This document shows positions 17,872 to 24,414 of a DNA stretch of 64,000 nucleotides, in pieces (the first letter of the stretch is position 1; every line of letters starts with the position of its first letter). The notes beneath the pieces are model-generated. The model did not search any database, was not told the DNA's origin, and worked only from the letters and a program-made list of their open reading frames with translations. The position numbers and the translations under genes are program-made. Source of the stretch: Spirochaetia bacterium (GTDB taxonomy: Bacteria; Spirochaetota; Spirochaetia; CADAEX01); assembly GCA_963662265.2 (NCBI GenBank), contig CAXXHA010000010.1:32001-96000 (forward strand), read 5' to 3'.

Positions 17872-19962
17872 ATGAGACTCAACGTAAAATGGAAGATCCT
17901 TCTTCCGGTAGTATTAATTCTTGTAATCTCCCTGGGAACAGTTACAGGATATTCGTACCTGCTTCAGAAAAAAATGGTGCATGATCTTATGGAAACAACT
18001 GCAGCTGAACAGCTGTCTGAAATAAGCAACATTGTAGAATCTTCAGAAAAACAGATCAGAAATCTTAAAAGTTCTCTCAACAGGAATTACCTGAGAATTG
18101 CAGAAACAATTGCAATAGCTGTCAAGGATGGAAGCAGTATTCTTGAAACAGGAAAAATGACAGAACTTGCAGAAACTGCAGGAATTGATGAAATCCATGT
18201 TACTGATGAAAACGGGATCCTCAGATGGGGAAACAAAACTGGTTTCTACGGATTTGATTTCAATACAAGCGATCAGACACAACCCTTTCTTGCGGGACTG
18301 AAAAATCCCTCCTTCCAGCTTGCCCAGGATCCCCAGCAGAGGGGTACAGACAAGGTCCTTTTTCAGTACATCGGTGTTGGGAGAAAAGACAGACCTGGAA
18401 TAGTACAGATAGGGGTTCAGCCGCTTGAGCTCAACAACCTTCTGGAATCATCATCAATCAGGAACACACTCAAAAACCTCAATATATCAAGGTCAGGTGT
18501 TGTCTATATTATCAATTCTGATGGAACAATTGCTGAAAGCTCTGCAATACTCAATGATAAACATCTTAACCCGGAATTGTGGAATTTCATTAAAAATTCC
18601 GGTAAAGAGGGAAAAGGCATTGTTGAAGACAGGTATGCAGGATTCATGGAAAACGATGATTACATATGGATGGTCACTTACCCGCTTACAGAGTTCACAT
18701 CAGAACTGAACAGCTTCCTTATACATGTCTTTATCATGTTTATTGTGCTTGCAGCAGTATCTGCAGCTGTAATCCTTCTCATTGTAAGCAGGATCACAAA
18801 TCCGCTTAAGAAAGGTGTAACTTTTGCAAACATGATTGCTCAAGGGGACCTCACAGCAGACCTTGAAGTGAATACTTCAGATGAGGTAGGAGTTCTTGCA
18901 TCGACACTCAGGCAGATGGTAGGCAAAATCAGCAACGTGGTGGAAAAAGTAGCAGACACATCACTGACAGTTGCATCAGGCAGCAGGCAGCTGAGCCAGA
19001 ACACTGTAAAAATGGCAGAAGGTACAAGCTCCCAGGCATCAGCAACTGAAGAGGTTTCAGCTTCCATGGAGGAGATGAGCGCGAACATAACCCAGAATGC
19101 GGAAAACGCCGACACAACAGAGAGAATTGCGATGCAGGCAGCAAAAGATGCTGTTGAAAGCAGCAAGTCAGCTAAAAAAGCTGTTGATGCAATGAATGTT
19201 ATAAATGAGAAAATCAGCATTGTGGAAGAGATTGCAAGGCAGACAAATATGCTTGCTCTTAATGCTGCCATAGAAGCTGCCCGGGCAGGGGAGCAGGGAA
19301 AAGGCTTTGCAGTTGTTGCATCTGAAGTCAGGAAACTGGCAGAAAGAAGCCAACAGGCTGCCGGTGAAATAACAGAACTTACCCAGTTGACAAGCGCTTC
19401 AGCAGATGAGACATCTGCAATGCTTAAAAAGCTTGTAGACGGAATTAACCAGACAGCCGAGCTTGTCAGGGAGATAAGTTCGGCAAGCAGGGAGCAGAGC
19501 GGAGGAGTTCAGCAGGTAAACAGGGCAATTCTCCAGCTTGATGAGGTTGTTCAGCAGAACGCATCCTTCTCTGAAGAGATTTCAGCCACAAGCGAGGAGC
19601 TTACAGCGCAGGCTGAATTTCTACAGGAGACTGTTTCCTACTTCAGGATTGATAAATCATCTTCAACAGGGGAAGATGCAGGTCTTCTTCTCCCGGCCGA
19701 AAGAAATGCCGGCAATGGCAGAGCTGCGGAATTAAATACTGCGGGTGTTTCGGCAGGAAGGAAAAGCTCTTCAGGCAGTGCTTCTGTTATAAGGGCTGCC
19801 GGAGCCGGGCAGGTTCGGATCACATCAGGGGCTGCCGGGGCTGCGGGAAAAACAGAAGAAACAGCTGCAGTTTTCAAGGCAGTATCAGCTGCTGAGTCAT
19901 TAAACAACGGAAATCCTTCTGATACTGATTCGATGTCAGATGGAGGGTTTAAGGAGTTTTAG
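17872..19962 (+). CDS. Methyl-accepting chemotaxis protein (Cache-like sensor, HAMP)
   Basis: TM-sensor-TM, [48 protein letters not shown]. Confidence 0.95.
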   Translation: MRLNVKWKILLPVVLILVISLGTVTGYSYLLQKKMVHDLMETTAAEQLSEISNIVESSEKQIRNLKSSLNRNYLRIAETIAIAVKDGSSILETGKMTELAETAGIDEIHVTDENGILRWGNKTGFYGFDFNTSDQTQPFLAGLKNPSFQLAQDPQQRGTDKVLFQYIGVGRKDRPGIVQIGVQPLELNNLLESSSIRNTLKNLNISRSGVVYIINSDGTIAESSAILNDKHLNPELWNFIKNSGKEGKGIVEDRYAGFMENDDYIWMVTYPLTEFTSELNSFLIHVFIMFIVLAAVSAAVILLIVSRITNPLKKGVTFANMIAQGDLTADLEVNTSDEVGVLASTLRQMVGKISNVVEKVADTSLTVASGSRQLSQNTVKMAEGTSSQASATEEVSASMEEMSANITQNAENADTTERIAMQAAKDAVESSKSAKKAVDAMNVINEKISIVEEIARQTNMLALNAAIEAARAGEQGKGFAVVASEVRKLAERSQQAAGEITELTQLTSASADETSAMLKKLVDGINQTAELVREISSASREQSGGVQQVNRAILQLDEVVQQNASFSEEISATSEELTAQAEFLQETVSYFRIDKSSSTGEDAGLLLPAERNAGNGRAAELNTAGVSAGRKSSSGSASVIRAAGAGQVRITSGAAGAAGKTEETAAVFKAVSAAESLNNGNPSDTDSMSDGGFKEF

Positions 19963-20109
19963 GTGGATCTGAAATTCTTATTTCATGATAATTGCACCAA
20001 GATGATTATGCCGTATAGATAAGAAGCTGCTTATCGGAAATCCGAGAGTACCGGGATTAAGTAACCGGGAAATACAATCAGCTACAGGCTGTGTGCAAAC
20101 TTGAATATT

Positions 20110-20143
20110 AAAAAGGCCTGCTTTGACAAGCAGGTCTTTTTTT
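20110..20143. terminator. Bidirectional intrinsic terminator between the convergent MCP and VOC genes
   Basis: AAAAAGGCCTGCTT-tgac-AAGCAGGTCTTTTTTT. Confidence 0.8.
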
Positions 20144-20153
20144 AAAAGGGATT

Positions 20154-20636
20154 CTACATCCCCATGCTTTCAAGCCATTCCTTTTCATTCTTTTTCATCT
20201 CATCTTCAGTAAGCTTCCACTTATTTGTCGCTATAGCCCAGACATGGCCGAAGGGATCAAGGACTTTCCCCATCCTGTCTCCCCAGAATGCATCCATTAT
20301 TTCATCCACAATTTCAGATCCGTTTTCCACCATTCCATTGTAAACAGCATCACAGTCTTCAACATATATAAACAAGCTCACAGTAGTCCCGTTAATAGCA
20401 CCTTTCTCCACACCTCCCGGATAGGAATCAGCCATCATAAGATTTGTATCCCCAATTCTTATCATTGAATGCATTATCTTATCACTGCCTGGAAAACTGT
20501 AAGGGGGAAAAACAAGTTCCGCCCCCAGCACTTTCCTGTAATATTCAATAGCTTCTGAACAGTTTCCATTAAACCACAGATTAGCTGTTACATTGTTCAT
20601 CCCTTCTGGGACAGGTTTTAATGCTTTTTCAGCCAT
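20154..20636 (-). CDS. VOC/glyoxalase-family protein (PhnB-like)
   Basis: AIEYY..VLGA, IMHS.IRIGD..LMMAD, DAFWGDRMGKVLDPFGHVW. Confidence 0.88.
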   Translation of the reverse strand: MAEKALKPVPEGMNNVTANLWFNGNCSEAIEYYRKVLGAELVFPPYSFPGSDKIMHSMIRIGDTNLMMADSYPGGVEKGAINGTTVSLFIYVEDCDAVYNGMVENGSEIVDEIMDAFWGDRMGKVLDPFGHVWAIATNKWKLTEDEMKKNEKEWLESMGM

Positions 20637-20913
20637 TAAAATTCTCCTTGTATAGAGATCTGTAAGTATGAATAATTAAGCCTTGAATTTTCTGTTTAAA
20701 CACCTGAAACATTTTATACCTTACTTTTATTAATAGTAGTTTCAAAATGATCTGTTTTCAAAAGAAACTCTTACATGAGGCTGTATTTACAATAAATTTT
20801 AATAAAATCAGATATTCTGAAGGCTTTATAAATTAAACAGGACGAAAATTCTTTCTTCAGGACCGGAAGATAATTTCATATTTAAACAAGCAGTGTTTTA
20901 AATATAAAATAAT

Positions 20914-20969
20914 ATCGATATTATTGTATCCAATATTGACATTTTTCTTATTCGATACTATATTATCCA
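20914..20969 (+). promoter_or_regulatory. Array unit 1 promoter with ATCGAT-type operator repeats
   Basis: TTGACA 20936-20941, 17 nt, TATATT 20959-20964; ATCGAT-N8-ATCCAA upstream and TTCGAT-N8-ATCCAT across the -10. Confidence 0.75.
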
Positions 20970-21044
20970 TACAGGTTGGGCAAACAACCTGTAGGTGAAA
21001 ATATTTTGTTTTTGAGAAAATCAAAAATAAAAAAAGAAAATAGA

Positions 21045-21152
21045 ATGTACGAAAGACCTCTGGTAAATGGCAAAATAATATCAGAAATAAGGTCTTTCAA
21101 TAAAAAAACTGCAAATACGTCCGGCAAAACAGTATTTGCAGTTATAATCTAA
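21045..21152 (+). pseudogene. Decayed paralog of the unit-2 47-aa microprotein (MYERPLVNGKIISEIRSFNKKTANTSGKTVFAVII)
   Basis: ERPLVNGK vs ERPFINGK and ANTSGKT vs AEATGKS. Upstream TTGAGAAAATCAAAAATAAAA aligns with TTGAGGAGATCAAAATGAAA of unit 2, with the RBS and ATG altered. Confidence 0.5.
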
Positions 21153-21202
21153 GACTTTTTTATAGATTCCTCCTAACCTTCTAAAAAGAGTTTTATTCAT
21201 GG

Positions 21203-21237
21203 GAACCTGCTGTAAGTTTTACAGCAGGTTCTTTTTT
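21203..21237 (+). terminator. Intrinsic terminator, unit 1
   Basis: GAACCTGCTGTAA-gtt-TTACAGCAGGTTC-TTTTTT. Confidence 0.85.
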
Positions 21238-21309
21238 CATTATTACCTCCTGTAATAATGAGTTGTTATTTATAAAACTGCAGTGAGTTTCACTGCAGTT
21301 TTTCTTTTT
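21238..21309 (+). other. Extra module: hairpin with CTCCT loop followed by a second terminator
   Basis: CATTATTAC-ctcct-GTAATAATG (21238-21260); AAAACTGCAGTGA-gtt-TCACTGCAGTTTT + T-rich tail (21274-21309). Confidence 0.6.
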
Positions 21310-21578
21310 GCTGGCCGTTGCTGCATAAACAGGCTTTTTATACTTATAATTCTGCATTTATTTCACAGACTTATCCGCTGATCACCTGGCAGAAATCTTA
21401 TATTTCCCTATTAACAGCTTTCAAGGACTCTAAAGCTGTTAAACTTATTTCAACAGTGTTTTATCCTCCCGGAATAATTCTAATTATCACGCAGTCTAAA
21501 CACTGTTTTGCCCATATTCCCATATGGAGCCCACCTGTCTACCTATCTAACTACCCAGAACCATGTAGATAAATTTTT

Positions 21579-21635
21579 ATCGATAATTACATATCTTATA
21601 TTGACATTTTTTATTTTCGATAGTATGTTATCGAT
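21579..21635 (+). promoter_or_regulatory. Array unit 2 promoter with ATCGAT-type operator repeats
   Basis: TTGACA 21601-21606, 17 nt, TATGTT 21624-21629; ATCGAT at 21579; TCGATA-gtatgt-TATCGA across the -10. Confidence 0.78.
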
Positions 21636-21676
21636 AGTTAGAGATTGAAATAAATAGTATTTCAAGGAGGACAATT

Positions 21677-21772
21677 ATGTTAGAAATTTTAATTGTAGCT
21701 ATTATAGCAGCTGGTGCAGTTTTTGCATTCATAGAAGACGGTCGTGTTAGTCCTAACGGAATCGACTGGTAA
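21677..21772 (+). CDS. 31-aa single-TM micropeptide MLEILIVAIIAAGAVFAFIEDGRVSPNGIDW
   Basis: AAGGAGG RBS 6 nt upstream; hydrophobic N-terminal helix; clear paralog at 22205-22306 with conserved IAAG...AFIEDG...PN..DW. Confidence 0.75.
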   Translation: MLEILIVAIIAAGAVFAFIEDGRVSPNGIDW

Positions 21773-21803
21773 TCTAGAAAAAACTTGTTTTGAGGAGATC
21801 AAA

Positions 21804-21947
21804 ATGAAAAAAATACTTAGTAAATTATCAGAAAGACCATTTATCAATGGCAAACAGAGACATATTAAAAAAGAAGGCCTTTCAATTAAGGCAGTTGCAG
21901 AAGCAACAGGAAAATCAATTGAATCTGTACTTTCAATGAAATTCTAA
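21804..21947 (+). CDS. 47-aa basic microprotein with an HTH-like C-terminus
   Basis: GAGGAG RBS; GLSIKAVAEATGKSIESV fits the S-x-x-x-[VI]-A-x-x-x-G-x-S-x-x-x-V helix-turn-helix pattern; decayed paralog in unit 1. Confidence 0.6.
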   Translation: MKKILSKLSERPFINGKQRHIKKEGLSIKAVAEATGKSIESVLSMKF

Positions 21948-21991
21948 AACTTCTTTTTAACTTCAAACCTTCTAAATTTTGAGTTTTATTC

Positions 21992-22028
21992 AAAAGACCT
22001 GCTGAGCCGTATACAGCAGGTCTTTTTT
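21992..22028 (+). terminator. Intrinsic terminator, unit 2
   Basis: AAAAGACCTGCTG-agccgtata-CAGCAGGTCTTTTTT; stem core ACCTGCTG/CAGCAGGT shared with the unit 1 terminator. Confidence 0.85.
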
Positions 22029-22105
22029 AATTTTTCAGTGAAAATCATTGATAACCTTTGTTCAGGAAGTAGATAAATAAAAATCATGCATTTTGATAAT
22101 ATATT

Positions 22106-22162
22106 ATCGATAATGCTGTATCCATACTTGACTTTTTCAGTTATCCTTTATACATTATCAAT
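22106..22162 (+). promoter_or_regulatory. Array unit 3 promoter with ATCGAT-type operator repeats
   Basis: TTGACT 22128-22133, 17 nt, TACATT 22151-22156; ATCGAT-N8-ATCCAT upstream, same spacing as units 1 and 2. Confidence 0.72.
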
Positions 22163-22204
22163 AACTTTAAATACGATTTTAATAATCTTGTTAAGGAGGC
22201 CAGC

Positions 22205-22306
22205 ATGTTACTTATCAATACTTTAGTAATCATGGCTATTGCAGCAGGAGTTTTAGCTGCATTCATTGAAGATGGAAAAACAGCACCAAATTGCTGTGAC
22301 TGGTAG
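22205..22306 (+). CDS. 33-aa single-TM micropeptide MLLINTLVIMAIAAGVLAAFIEDGKTAPNCCDW
   Basis: AAGGAGG RBS 5 nt upstream; paralog of 21677-21772 with synonymous codon changes in the shared FIEDG/PN/DW residues. Confidence 0.75.
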   Translation: MLLINTLVIMAIAAGVLAAFIEDGKTAPNCCDW

Positions 22307-22356
22307 AAAGTAGTCTGAAGATTTCAGATACTTGTAAAAACTGAAAACAATCAGTA

Positions 22357-22550
22357 GAAAGGTCTGTAATTTACAACAGGATTAACAATATAGAGAAAGG
22401 AAGACCTTTCACATTACATTCCATGATGCTGCAGCAAAAACAACAGAATCGGCATCCGGAATGTAAAACAAAAGACTTTTTAGATTCCTCCAAAATTCTA
22501 AAAAGAGTTTTATTTCCAGGCCCCGCAGCGTTGCTGAGGGGCCTTTTTTT
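22357..22550 (+). ncRNA. Putative structured RNA / 3' UTR-derived sRNA, array unit 3
   Basis: Stems 22357-22365/22402-22410, 22414-22422/22458-22466 and 22476-22484/22497-22505 with TTCCTCC in the loop; terminator 22518-22550. Confidence 0.6.
22518..22550 (+). terminator. Intrinsic terminator, unit 3
   Basis: AGGCCCC-g-CAGC-gtt-GCTG-a-GGGGCCT + T7. Confidence 0.82.
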
Positions 22551-22685
22551 CCCCCTTTCACGCAAATACCCATTCTCTCGGCAGCTTCATAAGATTTAAT
22601 AATAAAATTCCGCCTCTTGCGATTTATATGCATATCATGCAACTTCAACCATCCAGGTATTTTTACAAAATAATTACAGACTGTA

Positions 22686-22740
22686 TTGACTTTTTCCCTT
22701 TTCGATAGTATTATATCGATAACAAGTTACCGATAACAAG
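22686..22740 (+). promoter_or_regulatory. Array unit 4 promoter (no recognisable ORF follows)
   Basis: TTGACT 22686-22691, 17 nt, TATTAT 22709-22714; TCGATA-gtatta-TATCGA plus direct repeat CGATAACAAG at 22717 and 22731 (14-bp period). Confidence 0.65.
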
Positions 22741-22802
22741 CAATATTTCTGATGGCCAGAAATGTTTGACTTTATAAATACAACTGGAATAAGGCTGGAG
22801 AT

Positions 22803-22834
22803 AAAAAAAATCCCGGATCCGAAGAACCGGGATT
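22803..22834 (-). terminator. Intrinsic terminator of gdhA
   Basis: A-run then ATCCCGG...CCGGGAT stem downstream of the gdhA stop. Confidence 0.8.
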
Positions 22835-22871
22835 TATATAAGCCTAATCAGGCTAAATATAAAACTATATC

Positions 22872-24209
22872 CTAGTAACCGAGATCAAGCATTGCATCTG
22901 CAACTTTCTTGAAACCGGCAATATTAGCACCGTTGATGTAGTTTACAAAACCTGAAGCATCTTTGCCTTCTCTAACACAAGCAGCGTGGATGTCTTTCAT
23001 GATTACTTTGAGTTTTGCATCAACTTCTTCAGATGACCAGTTGTATTTCATTGAGTTCTGGCACATTTCAAGACCTGATACTGCAACACCACCGGCATTA
23101 GCAGCTTTACCAGGACCAAACGGGATCTTGTTTTTAACAAACTCAACTGCAGCATCTGCAGTACAGCCCATGTTGGATGTTTCAACAACATATTTAACAC
23201 CGTTTGAGATAAGAGCTTTTGCATCATCGAGAGTAAGCTCGTTCTGGAAAGCACAGGGGAATGCCATATCAACTTTAAGTTCCCATGGTTTTTTACCTGC
23301 AACAAATTTTGCGCCGAATTTTTCAGCGTAAGGAGCTACAACATCATTGTTGGAAGCTCTGAGCTCAAGCATATAGTCAAATTTTTCTTTTGTATTGATA
23401 CCTGCTTCATCATAGATGTATCCGTCAGGTCCAGAAATTGCCACTACTTTACCACCAAGTTCAGTAGCCTTCATTACAGCACCCCAGGCAACATTACCGA
23501 AACCTGAAACAGCAATTGTTTTGCCTTTCATTGAATCATTGTTTGTTTTGAGCATTTCATCAGCAAAATACATTGTACCAAAACCAGTTGCTTCAGGTCT
23601 TACAAGTGAACCGCCCCAGTTAAGGCCTTTACCTGTGAGTACACCTGTGTTTTCAGCTCTGAGTCTCTTGTACTGACCATACATGAAACCGATTTCTCTT
23701 CCGCCTACTCCGATATCACCTGCAGGAACGTCAGTCTGAGGACCGATATATTTCTGAAGTTCTGTCATGAAACTTCGACAGAATCTCATGATTTCTGCAT
23801 CTGATTTACCTTTAGGATTAAAGTCTGAACCACCTTTACCTCCACCCATTGGGAGAGTAGTAAGACTGTTTTTGAAAATCTGCTCAAATCCGAGGAATTT
23901 AAGAGTTCCGAGAGTAACGCTTGGGTGGAATCTGAGTCCGCCCTTATATGGACCAATAGCGTTGTTAAACTGAACTCTGTAAGCCTTGTTTACCTGTACT
24001 TCACCGTTATCATCTTCCCATTCAACTTTGAACATGAAAGTTCTGTCCGGCTCAGTAATTCTTTCAAGGATTTTTGCATCTACATATGCAGGGTTGTCGT
24101 TAACTACATCAATAATAGATTCAACTACTTCTTTTGCAGCCTGAATAAATTCCGGCTGAGCTGGGTTTTTTCTTTCCAGTTCTGCCATAAATTCGTCAAG
24201 ATTATACAT
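22872..24209 (-). CDS. gdhA: NADP-specific glutamate dehydrogenase
   Basis: GPYKGGLRFHPSV, PMGGGKGGSDF, DVPAGDIGVG, RPEATGFG, KAANAGGVAVSGLEM; AAGGAG RBS before ATG 24209. Confidence 0.96.
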   Translation of the reverse strand: MYNLDEFMAELERKNPAQPEFIQAAKEVVESIIDVVNDNPAYVDAKILERITEPDRTFMFKVEWEDDNGEVQVNKAYRVQFNNAIGPYKGGLRFHPSVTLGTLKFLGFEQIFKNSLTTLPMGGGKGGSDFNPKGKSDAEIMRFCRSFMTELQKYIGPQTDVPAGDIGVGGREIGFMYGQYKRLRAENTGVLTGKGLNWGGSLVRPEATGFGTMYFADEMLKTNNDSMKGKTIAVSGFGNVAWGAVMKATELGGKVVAISGPDGYIYDEAGINTKEKFDYMLELRASNNDVVAPYAEKFGAKFVAGKKPWELKVDMAFPCAFQNELTLDDAKALISNGVKYVVETSNMGCTADAAVEFVKNKIPFGPGKAANAGGVAVSGLEMCQNSMKYNWSSEEVDAKLKVIMKDIHAACVREGKDASGFVNYINGANIAGFKKVADAMLDLGY

Positions 24210-24414
24210 TTCTAACAGCTCCTTAAAACATTTTAATACCACCCCTCAGGGCGGTATTACTTATCTATATATAAAGCCTATTTCTGATATTAATCAAGTA
24301 TTAATATTGGCCTATCTATACATCTATACAAGTTAAATCATGAATATTGTTGATATTTAACATAGTGGTGTATTATTATTAAGAAAACGAACATTCTTTT
24401 TTAAGGAATTTACA

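Larger units (their letters stand above)
20971..21237 (+). ncRNA. Putative structured small RNA, array unit 1
   Basis: Bounded by promoter and terminator (21203-21237). Stems 20970-20993, 21051-21059/21090-21098 and 21107-21118/21132-21143; TTCCTCC at 21167-21173 in a stem-loop shared with unit 3. Confidence 0.6.

Noticed and set aside
20970-21150. c-di-GMP-I riboswitch (GGCAAAC motif)
   Set aside because: Only the GGCAAA(C) word matches. I see no following GAAA-tetraloop stem or GCAAAGC segment, and no regulated gene follows the terminator. An Rfam scan would settle it.
21744-21947. 67-aa ORF as listed in the track
   Set aside because: Its GTG start lies inside the 31-aa peptide gene with no RBS; the ATG at 21804 behind GAGGAG is better supported.
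22094-22114. Fur box (TGATAAT-AT-ATTATC)
   Set aside because: Spacing is 2 nt rather than the 7-1-7 arrangement and it appears only in unit 3; the ATCGAT repeat explains all four promoters better.
21318-22648. ORFs 21318-21572 (+), 22371-22565 (-) and 22409-22648 (-)
   Set aside because: No RBS, atypical composition, and the minus-strand ones run antisense through the structured RNA and terminator; probably spurious.
20900-22835. CRISPR array interpretation of the repeated intergenic units
   Set aside because: Units are 500-650 bp apart, degenerate and contain promoters, ORFs and terminators. There are no identical 25-45 bp repeats with unique spacers and no cas genes.
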